From assembly GCA_963825055.1 (NCBI GenBank), contig CAWGSK010000008.1, forward strand, positions 32,001 through 96,000: DNA of 64,000 bases. The letters run 5' to 3'. Position numbers and translations under genes: made by a program. The notes under the pieces were generated by a model that saw only the letters and a list, made by a program, of their open reading frames with translations, was not told the origin of the DNA and made no database searches. The stretch is from an uncultured Gemmatimonadales bacterium. Lineage in GTDB: Bacteria > Gemmatimonadota > Gemmatimonadetes > Gemmatimonadales > GWC2-71-9. Of the stretch, positions 50,970 to 60,879 are shown one piece after another (within the stretch, counting starts at the first letter, position 1; each line of letters opens with the position of its first letter).

Positions 50970-51239
50970 ATGACCGACACAACACTGCTTCTGGAGGAAA
51001 CCATGCCGGCCTGGGATGCGTCGATGGAAGCCCTCGAGCTGCGTCGCAAGTTTGATGACGACGAGGATCTCGAGGAGGACAGCATCGACCTCGAGGACGA
51101 TGAGGAGGACGAAGACCTGGACGACGAGGACGACGACTTCGACGACGACGATGATTTCGATGACGACGAGGAAGAGGACTACAGCCTCGGCGACTACGAC
51201 GATGACGACGACGACGATTCCCCCCGCCGCCGGCACTAG
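50970..51239 (+). CDS. Small, extremely acidic (Asp/Glu-rich) hypothetical protein
   Basis: GAGGA RBS; ORF dominated by GAC/GAG codons and ending in RRRH. Confidence 0.6.
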   Translation: MTDTTLLLEETMPAWDASMEALELRRKFDDDEDLEEDSIDLEDDEEDEDLDDEDDDFDDDDDFDDDEEEDYSLGDYDDDDDDDSPRRRH

Positions 51240-51268
51240 CACGCGGACCAGGCCCTCACCCCCGAGGG

Positions 51269-51297
51269 TTGCGCCCCCGGGGGTGAGGCGGTAAAAT
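51269..51297 (+). promoter_or_regulatory. Sigma70-like promoter of tRNA-Ile
   Basis: TTGCGC-17bp-TAAAAT followed by a GC-rich discriminator. Confidence 0.6.
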
Positions 51298-51313
51298 CCC
51301 GTCCCCGAAGCCC

Positions 51314-51387
<74 letters not shown>

Positions 51388-51396
51388 TGGAACTGC

Positions 51397-51487
51397 AGTG
51401 AGTAGCGAGTAGTGGCACACGAGCAAGCCCCCGGTGACCTGAGGTCTTCCCGGGGGCTTTTCACTGTCCGCTATTCGCTACTCGCTG
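51397..51487. terminator. Terminator-like hairpin embedded in AGCGAGT heptamer arms
   Basis: AAGCCCCCGG...CCGGGGGCTTTT flanked by AG(T/C)GAGT and CGCTAYT units. Confidence 0.7.
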
Positions 51488-51502
51488 CCGAACTGGCTCC
51501 CC

Positions 51503-51991
51503 TCAGTCATCATCCCGCTCTCCCCTTACCATCTCGGCCCCGGCCGTATGCACCGACGCGGCGCCGTAACGATACACCAGTTCGCCGCCGGAGTGGCCGA
51601 CGCTGGCGCCGACTGCGACAAGGCCCAGGGCGCCGACGACGGCCGTCATCCGGACAACCGACCCGATCCTTCCCCTGACCAGCCCGGCACCGGTCAGGAG
51701 CATCAGGCCGGCCGACAGCGTGAGGAACAGCTCCGCCCGTTCTTCATGGCTTTCGACCGGTGCCTCCGCCACGGTTTCTTCCACCGCTTCCCCCTGTGAC
51801 TCACCGGTCTCGACCGCGAGCCAGGCACTTCCCGCGAGCGCGGCGGCCGTGACCAGGGGAATCGCCCACGCACGGAGCGGATCAGCACCACGTCGGATCC
51901 GCCAGAGGGCAAACAGTCCGGCAAGGGGCAGCAGGAACATGAGGACGATCGGAAAATGGACGACGGCCGGGTGCAGCGGATCGGGTAGCAT
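51503..51991 (-). CDS. DUF2231-like membrane protein
   Basis: PLHPAVVHFPI, H in loop (ESHEERA) and GHSGGELVY motifs. Confidence 0.8.
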   Translation of the reverse strand: MLPDPLHPAVVHFPIVLMFLLPLAGLFALWRIRRGADPLRAWAIPLVTAAALAGSAWLAVETGESQGEAVEETVAEAPVESHEERAELFLTLSAGLMLLTGAGLVRGRIGSVVRMTAVVGALGLVAVGASVGHSGGELVYRYGAASVHTAGAEMVRGERDDD

Positions 51992-52120
51992 GTATGGCTC
52001 CGGTAAGGGGTTCGAGCAGAGGATGCCACTTTCCGGCGGGCCATGCTATCCGACATTCGACGCGATTCCGCTGATTTCCGGGTATTTTGGTAGCATATCC
52101 GGCAGATGACGGAGTCATCA

Positions 52121-52696
52121 ATGGCTGAATCCGCTCCAAACCACGTCAGGGTGCCACTGACCGTCCTCCTCCTGGCCATCGCGGCCGGGGGCATGGTCGA
52201 CCTCATCCTGGACCAGCCGGAATCCTGGCTGTCGCTCCACGTGCTCTATGAGGTGGGCCTGGTTCTCGCCGGCCTGGTCACCACCGCATGGCTCTGGCGC
52301 GGGTGGGGAAGGGCGGAGGAGTCGGCAGGCCGGCTCCGCCGGAGCCTGGAGGAACGCCAGGCCGAGCGTGATGCCTGGCGCGTACGGGCGGAGCGGGCCC
52401 TGGAAGGACTCGGCCGCGCGGTCGATGAGCAATTCGAACTCTGGCAGCTCACTCCCGCCGAACGCGGGGTCGCGCTGCTGCTGCTCAAGGGGCACGGCCT
52501 GAAGCAGATCGCGGGGCTCACTCGACGCAGTGAGCGCACCGCGCGCCAGCATGCCGTCGCGGTGTACCAGAAGTCCGGCCTTCAGGGACGGGCGGAGCTG
52601 GCGGCGTTCTTCCTGGAGGGGATACCGGATGTGCACGGGACAGGGAACAGGCAACAGCGAAAGGGAACAGTGGCGCAGATAGCGAGTAGCGAGTAG
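52121..52696 (+). CDS. Membrane-anchored LuxR-type HTH regulator
   Basis: Two N-terminal TM helices, coiled coil, then LTPAERGVALLLLKG...IA...SERT.RQH...VYQK. Confidence 0.85.
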   Translation: MAESAPNHVRVPLTVLLLAIAAGGMVDLILDQPESWLSLHVLYEVGLVLAGLVTTAWLWRGWGRAEESAGRLRRSLEERQAERDAWRVRAERALEGLGRAVDEQFELWQLTPAERGVALLLLKGHGLKQIAGLTRRSERTARQHAVAVYQKSGLQGRAELAAFFLEGIPDVHGTGNRQQRKGTVAQIASSE

Positions 52697-52796
52697 CGAG
52701 TAGTGAGTAGCGAGTAGTGAAAAGCCCCCGGATGACCTGTCTGGTCGCGGGGCTTCCTGCGGCACGATTCGCCACTTGCTAACTCGCTATTCGCTG
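52681..52796. repeat. AGCGAGT heptamer arms around a hairpin; inverted copy of 51397-51487
   Basis: About 5 AG(C/T)GAGT units, then AGTGAAAAGCCCCCGG..GACC..GGTC..GGGGCTT, then reverse units. Confidence 0.8.
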
Positions 52797-52913
52797 TGCG
52801 CCCCTTCCTCCCACGTTCCACATTGTGCCACTCTTCGGCGTCAACCCTCCGTGGCTGCTGTCCATCCAACCCCATATCCGTTCTTCGTCTCCCGCACTCC
52901 CGGAGTTCGCACC

Positions 52914-54628
52914 ATGCCGCGTACGCGCGCCTTCCTCCTGACGGCCCTGGCCCTCGGCCTGCCCTGCAGCTCACGGCGCAGCATGGCGACGGCAGTGCTC
53001 CCCCACCAGCGCGCAATTACTCGACTGCTCCGCTTGCCTCCACCGAGGTTGCGGAATGGCGCGGCGACCTCCAGGCCCTCGTGGCGGGAATCGAGCGCAT
53101 CCATCCGGATCCGTACCACCGGACGGACAAGGCAGCCTTCGACCGGGCCGTCTCGGCGTTCAATGATTCCATTCCCAGCCTCCCGGCTCACCGGATCGTC
53201 GTGGGATTCGCCCGGCTGGTGGCGATGGTCGGTGACGGCCACACCAGCCTCCCCCTCTATTTCAGCCGGGGGGTGGGCTTTCATATCCTCCCCTACAGGC
53301 TCGGTATCTACGAGGACGGGGTCTACGTGGAGGCCGCCGACCGGGAGCTGGCGGACCTGGTGGGGGGGCGCGTGGTGTCGATTGGCGGCGTGCCCACGGC
53401 TGAGGCGATGGCGCGGGTGACTCCGCTCATCTCGCGCGACAATGACAACTGGATTCCCGCCGTCGCTCCGAACCTGCTGAACCGTATCGAGGTACTTCAC
53501 GCGCTGGGGCTCGCGCCCGGCCTGGCGGGCACCCAACTCACCGTGACGAGGGATGGGCGCACGATCCGGCACCTGGTGGAACCGCTCGAACATCCGCAGC
53601 CGTCCGTCTTCGGGTTGCCGTTCCTTGCCCGGCTCACTCCCGACTGGGTGGACGTTCGGGATGCGGCGCCCGCTCCGGTGCCGCTCTATCAGCAGCGATA
53701 CGACGACATCTACTGGTGGACCTACCTGCCCGACCGGGACCTGCTCTACATCAAGTGGGACCAGGTGCAGAACAGGCCGGCCGGTCCCTCCGCGCTCGCG
53801 ACCTTCCGGGAGGCGCTCCAGTTCGCCCGGGAGCACCGGCCCGCGCGCACCGTGATCGATATCCGGAACAACACAGGGGGTAACGGTGGGCTCGTTCCGC
53901 CGGTCGTGCGCGAGATCGTCCGGACGCGCGAGGTGGACGAGCCGGGCCGTCTCTTTCTCATCATCGGACGCCGGACCTTCTCCGCGGGCCAGATGATGAC
54001 CGGGATGCTCCAGCGGTTCACGAACGCCGTACTGGTGGGAGAGCCGTCCTCGGCGTTCTACAACGGCTATGCCGGCCACGAACTCCTGCAGCTCCCGAAC
54101 AGCGGGATCGGGGTCATGGTATCGCCGGACTACTACCAGATGGGAGACTACCCCCGGGATCCCAGGCAGCAGGCAACGCCCGACCTTGCCGCCGTTCCCT
54201 CCTTCGCTGACTACGCGGCGAACCGCGATCCCGCCCTCGAAACGATCCTCGCCTGGAAGCCCGGCGAACTCGGGCGGGACGTGCTCGAGGCCCTGGCCCG
54301 GGGAGACACCACCGCGGCGGCAGCGCTCGTCGACGAGTACGATGCCCGACCGGTGAACCGCTTTCGGGATGCCTCGCCGGAACTGAACGCCGTGGCCTAC
54401 GGGCTGCTGCGCGGGGACCGGGTTTCCGAGGCGGTGTCGGTTTTCGAACTGAACGTGCGGACCCATCCCCGGTATGCCAATGGGTGGGACAGCCTGGGCG
54501 AGGCCTACGTGAAGGCCGGGCGCCGGGAGGACGCGATCCGGGCCTTCCGGCAGGCGCTGGCGATCCAGCCGGGGCTGGCGCCGTCAGTCCAGTGGCTGCA
54601 GCAGCTGGAAGTGCGAAGTGAGAAGTAA
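52914..54628 (+). CDS. S41-like peptidase with C-terminal TPR; signal peptide out of frame (shift near 52960)
   Basis: GGAG RBS + MPRTRAFLLTALALGLP in one frame; body with DGHT, IDIRNNTGGNG, TFSA and TPR NGWDSLGEAY in another. Confidence 0.75.
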
Positions 54629-54636
54629 GAAGGAGG

Positions 54637-55740
54637 CTATGGCGTTCCGGGGAGGGCAGGGGGCGTGTCGGCGGGCTCCGTGAAGAACCGCTGCGCCCAC
54701 AATGAGACGTAGACCAGCCCCACGAGCACCGGGACCTCGATCAGTGGCCCTACGACCGCCGCCAGTGCCTCGCCTGAGGCCAGGCCGAACGTTCCGATAG
54801 CCACCGCGATGGCCAGTTCGAAGTTGTTTCCCGCCGCTGTGAAGGCCACGGAGGCACTGGTCGCGTAGTCAAAGCCCAGTCGCTTCGAGAGCACCAGGGC
54901 CAGCCCGAACATCACCAGGAAATACACGGCCAGCGGCGCGGCAATCCGCAGCACGTCGAGCGGAAGCTCGAGGATCCGGTCGCCCTGCATGGCGAACATC
55001 AGGACGATGGTGTACAGCAGGCCCACCAGCGCCGTAGGCCCGAACTTCGGCATGAACTCCTTCTCATACCACGTCTCTCCCCGCCGCCGCACCAGGAGGC
55101 GCCGGGTGAGGTAGCCCGCCAGGAGGGGCAGGCCGAGGAAAAGCAGGACGCTCCGGGCGATCTCCCACATCGAGACGTCGAGCGTGGCGCCGGAGAAGCC
55201 GAACCAGCCCGGGACGACGGTCAGGAAGAGCCAGCCGAGCAGCGAGTAGGTCAGGATCTGGAAGACGGAGTTGAGCGCCACCAGGACGGCGGCGAGCTCG
55301 TTCGAGCCGCGTGCCAGCGAGTTCCAGATCAGCACCATCGCGATGCAGCGGGCCAGGCCGATGAGGATCACGCCGTTGCGGTAGGCGGGCAGGTCCGGAA
55401 GGAACAGCCACGCGAGCAGGAACATGACCAGCGGCCCGATGATCCAGTTGAGGGCGAGCGAAGTCCCGAGCAGGCGCGTGTTGCGCGCGTGGGCGCCTAC
55501 GCTCTCGTACCGGACCCGGGCAAGCACGGGGTACATCATCCAGAAGAGGCCGATCGCGATGGGTACGGAGACGCCGGCCACCTGGACCCGGTCGAGCAGG
55601 GCGCCGAGGCCGGGCCACAGCCGCCCAAGCCCGAGGCCACCCACCATCGCCAGCAGGATCCAGAGCGGTAGCAGGCGGTCGAGGCGGGAGAGGCGGCCCC
55701 CAGGCCGGGCCGCGATGGCAGCTGTGGTGTTCGGCGTCAT
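54637..55740 (-). CDS. acr3: ACR3 family arsenite efflux transporter
   Basis: LDRLLPLWI, MMYPVL, GLARCIAMV, GNNFELAIAVA and GPLIEVPVL. Confidence 0.95.
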   Translation of the reverse strand: MTPNTTAAIAARPGGRLSRLDRLLPLWILLAMVGGLGLGRLWPGLGALLDRVQVAGVSVPIAIGLFWMMYPVLARVRYESVGAHARNTRLLGTSLALNWIIGPLVMFLLAWLFLPDLPAYRNGVILIGLARCIAMVLIWNSLARGSNELAAVLVALNSVFQILTYSLLGWLFLTVVPGWFGFSGATLDVSMWEIARSVLLFLGLPLLAGYLTRRLLVRRRGETWYEKEFMPKFGPTALVGLLYTIVLMFAMQGDRILELPLDVLRIAAPLAVYFLVMFGLALVLSKRLGFDYATSASVAFTAAGNNFELAIAVAIGTFGLASGEALAAVVGPLIEVPVLVGLVYVSLWAQRFFTEPADTPPALPGTP

Positions 55741-55831
55741 GTCCGGCCGTTTCCTCACGTGGGTTGCCCGGGGCTCCAGCGGAAACAACGGGGTCCGGGT
55801 GTGGTGGCAAACCTGTCCGGAACGTGAGGTC

Positions 55832-55860
55832 TTGACAATAAGTGTTATAACACCTATTTA
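55832..55860 (+). promoter_or_regulatory. marR promoter with overlapping palindromic operator
   Basis: TTGACA at 55832; palindrome GTGTTATAACAC at 55842-55853; weak -10. Confidence 0.65.
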
Positions 55861-55866
55861 TGATCC

Positions 55867-56331
55867 ATGACACCCCTGCAGCAAGAGATCCGACAGGCGA
55901 AGCCGTTCCGGGGCCCGGAGCACGAAGCGGTGCTCAGCGTTGCCCGGACCGCGGCACTGCTCGAGCACAACACCGCGGAGGAGCTCAAGCCGCATGGCCT
56001 GACCCCCACGCAGTACAACGTGCTCCGGATCCTTCGCGGCGCCGAGCCCGAGGGCCTCGGACGCAATGCCGTCCGGGACCGCCTGGTCTCCCCGGTGGCG
56101 GATGCCACGCGCCTGCTGGACCGCCTGGTGGACATGGGCCTTGTCGTGCGGGCCCGGGGCGGGGAGGACCGCCGCGTAGTTCGTTCCCGGATCAATGCGC
56201 GGGGGCTGGCGCTTCTCGCGGAGCTGGATGGCGTCATGGACGCCCTTCACCTCCGTCAGGTCGGCCATCTGGGGGCTGAAAAATTGCGGCAGCTCAGTGC
56301 ACTGCTCGCGGAAGCACGGGAGGCCCTGTGA
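55867..56331 (+). CDS. MarR family transcriptional regulator
   Basis: GLTPTQYNVLRILRG, TRLLDRL...GLV.R and EDRR. Confidence 0.92.
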   Translation: MTPLQQEIRQAKPFRGPEHEAVLSVARTAALLEHNTAEELKPHGLTPTQYNVLRILRGAEPEGLGRNAVRDRLVSPVADATRLLDRLVDMGLVVRARGGEDRRVVRSRINARGLALLAELDGVMDALHLRQVGHLGAEKLRQLSALLAEAREAL

Positions 56332-56473
56332 CTGGCATCATGTCCGGGGCTCGTGACGCAGCACAACGTGAGGTTTCCACCGGGACGACTGACCGTCCCG
56401 TTCACCATAGCAGGAGAGTACCCATGACTGCTTCCACCACGCGCGAACCGCCGCACATCGGCGGCCTGACCTC

Positions 56474-57343
56474 ATGACTACTCAGGGGAGCCACCGCCTG
56501 CCGGATACGACGCATGTCGGCACCGTGCGCCTCCAGGTTTCCGACCTGGAGCGCTCGCTGGCGTACTACGAGCAGGTTCTCGGCCTGGCGGTGGTCTCGC
56601 GCGGGTATGGCGAGGCCGGACTAGCCGGCCAGGGCGGCGTGGAACCAATCGTCGTGCTTCACGAGAAGCCCGGCGTGGCCCCGGCGCCGCGGCGCGGCCG
56701 GCTGGGCCTGTATCACTTTGCCATCCTCGTCCCGGACCGCGCCGCGCTGGGCGGGTTCCTGGCGCACCTCGCCGCTCACGGGATCCATCCCGGCATGGCC
56801 GACCACCTCGTGAGCGAGGCGCTCTATCTGTACGATCCCGACGGCCTTGGCATCGAGGTCTACGCCGACCGCCCCCGCGAGCAGTGGCCGTACCGCGACG
56901 GGCGGCTCATGATGGCGTCGGACCCGCTGGACATCGAGGGCCTGCTCGTGGACGCGACGGCCCCGTGGACAGGCATGCCGGCCGGCACCGGCATGGGTCA
57001 CGTACACCTGTCGGTGGACGACCTCGGGTCGGCCGAGCGCTTCTACCAGCGCGACCTCGGGCTTGCCGTCACGACGCGGGACTATCCGGGGGCGCTGTTC
57101 CTTTCGGCCGGCGGCTACCACCACCACCTGGGCACGAATACATGGTCCCGTGGGGTGCAGGCGGCGGGGCCCGGGGATGCGAGGTTGATGGAATGGGAAC
57201 TCCGGCTGCCGGATTCAGCCGGGGTGGACGCGGCCGCGGCCGTGCTTGCCGCGGCGGGCCATGCTGTGACGGAGCACGATGGCGCGGTGGTCGTCACCGA
57301 CCCCTGGGGCGTGGACGTCAGGCTCAGGAGCCCTGCTGGGTAG
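56474..57343 (+). CDS. VOC family protein (catechol 2,3-dioxygenase CatE-like)
   Basis: GLYHFAILVP, DHLVSEALYL.DPDG.GIEVYADRP, GHVHL and GGYHHHLGTNTW. Confidence 0.9.
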   Translation: MTTQGSHRLPDTTHVGTVRLQVSDLERSLAYYEQVLGLAVVSRGYGEAGLAGQGGVEPIVVLHEKPGVAPAPRRGRLGLYHFAILVPDRAALGGFLAHLAAHGIHPGMADHLVSEALYLYDPDGLGIEVYADRPREQWPYRDGRLMMASDPLDIEGLLVDATAPWTGMPAGTGMGHVHLSVDDLGSAERFYQRDLGLAVTTRDYPGALFLSAGGYHHHLGTNTWSRGVQAAGPGDARLMEWELRLPDSAGVDAAAAVLAAAGHAVTEHDGAVVVTDPWGVDVRLRSPAG

Positions 57344-57367
57344 GTGACGGTGGCCAGCAGGCCTGAT

Positions 57368-57394
57368 GGAACCCGGCAGGAACCGATTCCGTAA
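57368..57394 (+). promoter_or_regulatory. Putative ECF-sigma promoter
   Basis: GGAACC-N16-CGTAA upstream of the secreted protein at 57439. Confidence 0.4.
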
Positions 57395-57438
57395 CGGGGA
57401 GTGTCGGCCTGACTCCTCCCTCTCCTCGTGAGCCTCCC

Positions 57439-58191
57439 ATGCGCCTCCTCAGGACCATCGTCTGTCTTGGCATTCTGCTTCCAGCCCCTCTCCACGCCCA
57501 GGACAGCGTCCGCGTCGCGGCCGGCAGTTCCCTGGTGGACGGCTCGACCCTGCTCGCCGGTGTTGACACGTTTCAACTGCTGGTCCGGCAGCCGGACGGT
57601 GGCGAGCGCTCCATTTCCAGATTGATCCGCTCCGTGGAACGCACCGGGACCGGCCACTGGCGCATCGTACAGCGGTACACCTCGGACGGCGGCGAGAACG
57701 TGGATACGTCCGTGGTCAGGGCCGGTGACCTTGCGCCGGTGTCCTATGTCGCGGTCCTGCAGGATGCCGAACAACGTTTCCAGTTCGATGGAACGGTGGT
57801 GCAGGGGACGGTCTCTCCGAAGGACAGTGCCAGCCGGGACGTCCACTTCACGTTCGACGTCCCCGTATTCAACTCGGTAGTGGACGAGGAAGTGATACGC
57901 GCCCTGCCGCTGACTCCCGGGCTGGTGGCGATCATCGAGGGGTACAATCCGCCGTGGCCTCCCGCGCCGCGGCCGACGGTCATCCGGGTCACCGGCACGA
58001 CAACGGTGCAAACCGCCGCGGGGCTGGTGGACGCCTGGGAAATTTCCTATGCCGGCGGCGGGGCGCCGACCACACTGTGGCTGTCCCGCCGGGATGGCAG
58101 GCTTCTCCGGCTCCGATCGGTACTGCGCCAGGGCGCGGTCTTCTGGAAGATCCCGGTTCGCGATCTCGACGCCTGGCGGGCCGGGCAGTAA
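57439..58191 (+). CDS. Secreted hypothetical protein (DUF3108-like beta-rich fold)
   Basis: Signal peptide (LHA-Q); C-terminal TVQTAAG.VDAW...TTLWLS pattern. Confidence 0.6.
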   Translation: MRLLRTIVCLGILLPAPLHAQDSVRVAAGSSLVDGSTLLAGVDTFQLLVRQPDGGERSISRLIRSVERTGTGHWRIVQRYTSDGGENVDTSVVRAGDLAPVSYVAVLQDAEQRFQFDGTVVQGTVSPKDSASRDVHFTFDVPVFNSVVDEEVIRALPLTPGLVAIIEGYNPPWPPAPRPTVIRVTGTTTVQTAAGLVDAWEISYAGGGAPTTLWLSRRDGRLLRLRSVLRQGAVFWKIPVRDLDAWRAGQ

Positions 58192-58294
58192 GCCATCCGG
58201 CGCTGTCCTTTCCGGCAGGTCGGCAGGCCGTCGCGGAATTGATCACGGGAAGGAAGTCGAACTGGGGAGCGGATGTTGACCCCGCCGGCCGGTG

Positions 58295-58744
58295 TCAGGC
58301 CGGCTCTACCTTGACCGAAATATCGAGTCCCTTCCTGAGACTTCCCGTCACGATGCAGTAGTCCTCGAACACCTCCAGGCACCGGTTGATCCGCTGCCGG
58401 TCTTCCAGCGCGATGTCGGGCGCGAGCCGGACCCGGACGGGTCCGACGCGGAGGCGTCCGGCCTCGTTGCGGACAAGTGTACTCTCCACCCGGATGGTCA
58501 TGCCGGCGACCGGCACGCGCGACTTGGCCAGGCAGAAAAGCAGGCTCGCACCGAGGCAGTGACCGATGGAAGACACGAGGAGGCGTGCGGGATTGGGCCC
58601 GCGCTCCTCGCCGATGGGTGGAAGCTCATCCACCAGGATCGGGGGCAGGTCGGTCGCGGGGTATTCGACCGTGAAGGCGTAGCCCTCGTCGAGAGTGAGC
58701 TCCACGACGAAGGGCTCGGGGGCGTTCGGGGCAGTGGGGGTCAT
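58295..58744 (-). CDS. OsmC/Ohr family protein
   Basis: DE.PPIG..GPNPARLL...GHCL and FEDYCIVTGSLR. Confidence 0.85.
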   Translation of the reverse strand: MTPTAPNAPEPFVVELTLDEGYAFTVEYPATDLPPILVDELPPIGEERGPNPARLLVSSIGHCLGASLLFCLAKSRVPVAGMTIRVESTLVRNEAGRLRVGPVRVRLAPDIALEDRQRINRCLEVFEDYCIVTGSLRKGLDISVKVEPA

Positions 58745-60303
58745 GGCTGTTCTTTCGGAACTGGCCTCAGGTCGAGGTCCTGGAAATCGAAACTGAAGTC
58801 CACCGAGGGTGAGGCGGGAACGATGCGCACGCGGTCTATCGTTCCCTCCGGCGTGAGCGCGAAGGTCACGAAGGCATCCGCGCGGAGTTCGCGGTCATCC
58901 CAGTGGGCGAGGAACGTGTCGTACTGCCAGTGACGGAGGTCTCCGACGAGCGAAGGCGTATGCGCGAAGCGGATCCGGAGTCCGTCGCCTTCCTTCGTCA
59001 CGACCACGTCGCCATACCACGGGTCGCGGTACGTGCCGGCGTAGCCGTCGAGCGGCAGGGCGGGGGTGGACATGCTGTCGCGGGTGGCTGCGGCTTCGGC
59101 GTCACCGGCAGCCGTGGCGGAATCGGCCCGCGCGATCACCGTCCGGAATCCAGTCCTCCAGTCCCACTTCTCGCCGAGATAGTAGTCCAGGATCCGGAGG
59201 TAGACCGGCTCCATGGCCACGGATTCCATGTTCGTGAGCACGGCGATACCGAGCTTCTGCTCCGGCAGCATGGCCACCCGGGAGATGTAGCCCGGCAGGC
59301 CACCCGTATGGGCCACGAGCTTGTGCCCCCGGTAGTCCCGTACCTCGAACCCGAGCGCGTAGCCGCGGAAGTTGGTGGCCAGCGGGGCCAGCTCGGGTGC
59401 GGGCCGCCCGATCGGCTGCGGCGTCACGATGGTCCAGAGCTGGCGGGTGAGGCTCGCGGGGAAGAGGCGCCCGCCTGCCACCCGCCCTGAATCGAGCTGG
59501 ACCATGAGCCACTTCGCCATGTCGGTCGCGCTGGCATTGATGCCGCCGGCCGGATTGGTGTTGTCGCTGTCGAACGGCTTGATCGGCCGGACCGTCCCTT
59601 CCACGCGTGCGTGAGGCGTGGCGATGTTCCCCCCGCCGGCGGCATCACTGTGGCGGACCTTGCTGTCGGTCATCCCCAGAGAGTCCAGGATCCGCTGCTG
59701 AACGAACTGCTCCCACGTCTGTCCGCTGACCGACTCGATGAGTTCCCCCGCAATCAGGTAGAGCACGTTGTCGTAGGCATAGGAGCTCCGGAAACTCGTC
59801 GCGAGCGGGATGTACCGGAGGCGCCGTGCGATCTCCTTCCGGTCATAGGTGGACGACGGCCACCAGAGCAGGTCGCCGGCACCGAGTCCGAGGCCGCTCC
59901 GGTGGACCAGGAGGTCACGGACCGTGAGCTGGCTGGTGACGTAGGGGTCGGACAGGCGGAACCAGGGGAGGTAATCGATGACCGGCTTGTCCCAGGCCAG
60001 CTTGCCTTCGTTGACCAGGAGGCCAAGCGCCGTGGCGGTGAAGGCCTTCGTGTTCGACGCGATCCCGAAGAGCGTGTGGGCGTCGACCGGCTGCGGCTCG
60101 CCCAGGGTGCGGACACCGTATCCCCGCGCCACCACGACCTGGCCGTCCTTGACGACGGTGAGCGCGAGACCGGGCACGTCGTAGTCTGCCATGATCTGCT
60201 GGACGTAGCGGTCGAGATCGGGTGGCGGTGCCGGGCGCTGGGCGACTGCGGTGCCGGCCACGATGGCCAGCAGGGGGAATGCCAGGAGGGCAGAGCGATT
60301 CAC
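58741..60303 (-). CDS. Serine hydrolase (class C beta-lactamase/PBP family) with DUF3471-like C-terminus
   Basis: SxxK (ASNTKAF), YDN and HTGG; YAGTYRDPWYG. Confidence 0.9.
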   Translation of the reverse strand: MNRSALLAFPLLAIVAGTAVAQRPAPPPDLDRYVQQIMADYDVPGLALTVVKDGQVVVARGYGVRTLGEPQPVDAHTLFGIASNTKAFTATALGLLVNEGKLAWDKPVIDYLPWFRLSDPYVTSQLTVRDLLVHRSGLGLGAGDLLWWPSSTYDRKEIARRLRYIPLATSFRSSYAYDNVLYLIAGELIESVSGQTWEQFVQQRILDSLGMTDSKVRHSDAAGGGNIATPHARVEGTVRPIKPFDSDNTNPAGGINASATDMAKWLMVQLDSGRVAGGRLFPASLTRQLWTIVTPQPIGRPAPELAPLATNFRGYALGFEVRDYRGHKLVAHTGGLPGYISRVAMLPEQKLGIAVLTNMESVAMEPVYLRILDYYLGEKWDWRTGFRTVIARADSATAAGDAEAAATRDSMSTPALPLDGYAGTYRDPWYGDVVVTKEGDGLRIRFAHTPSLVGDLRHWQYDTFLAHWDDRELRADAFVTFALTPEGTIDRVRIVPASPSVDFSFDFQDLDLRPVPKEQP

Positions 60304-60410
60304 GTCTAGGCTCCCATGGGGTGAGGAGATCCGGACCCGGAAGCTAGGCGCCACCCGGTCCGGCACAAAGTTCCTCCGCCGTTCTTCGACGCCGGCCAGC
60401 TCCAGGTCAT

Positions 60411-60767
60411 CTAGCCCGCGCGGCCGCTGAGACGCGGCCTCCCGGCGAGTTCCTGCCGCCGTGCTTCCAGTTGGCGTTCCAGCCGGCCGCACACCAGGTC
60501 GCACAGCTGCAGCACATCCTGGTCCGCCAGGCGGTACCAGGCGTGCAGCCCTTCCTTGCGTCGCTCCACGAATCCCATCCCCAGCAGGACACGCAGATGG
60601 CGTGAAAGGTTTGCCTGGGACAACCCGGTCTGCTTCACCAGTGACGTGACCGTCGCCTCGCCCTGCCGCAGGGTCTGCAGGATCTGAAGGCGGCTCGGCT
60701 CGGCCAGGGCCTTGAACCGGTCAGCCACCTGGTGCAGTAGCCTGGGGGTCAGAAGCGTGTGTGCCAT
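60411..60767 (-). CDS. ArsR/SmtB family transcriptional regulator
   Basis: FKALAEPSRLQIL, SQANLSRHL and C-terminal CDLVC. Confidence 0.9.
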   Translation of the reverse strand: MAHTLLTPRLLHQVADRFKALAEPSRLQILQTLRQGEATVTSLVKQTGLSQANLSRHLRVLLGMGFVERRKEGLHAWYRLADQDVLQLCDLVCGRLERQLEARRQELAGRPRLSGRAG

Positions 60768-60815
60768 CGATTTCCTCACAGGAGTGAGCGGTCGCGCGGC
60801 CGCGGGTCTCCGCGC

Positions 60816-60844
60816 TTGCATATATAAGTACTTAATTATATACT
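60816..60844 (+). promoter_or_regulatory. Sigma70 promoter of the TolC-MFP-RND operon with overlapping inverted repeat
   Basis: TTGCAT-17bp-TATACT; TATATAA-N8-TTATATA at 60821-60842. Confidence 0.75.
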
Positions 60845-60879
60845 GATGCGCAACCCGTCTCCCTGGAGCGGATCGGATC

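Noticed and set aside
58741..60303. Bona fide antibiotic-resistance beta-lactamase
   Set aside because: The SxxK/YxN motifs plus DUF3471-like tail fit the broad serine hydrolase family; substrate cannot be inferred.
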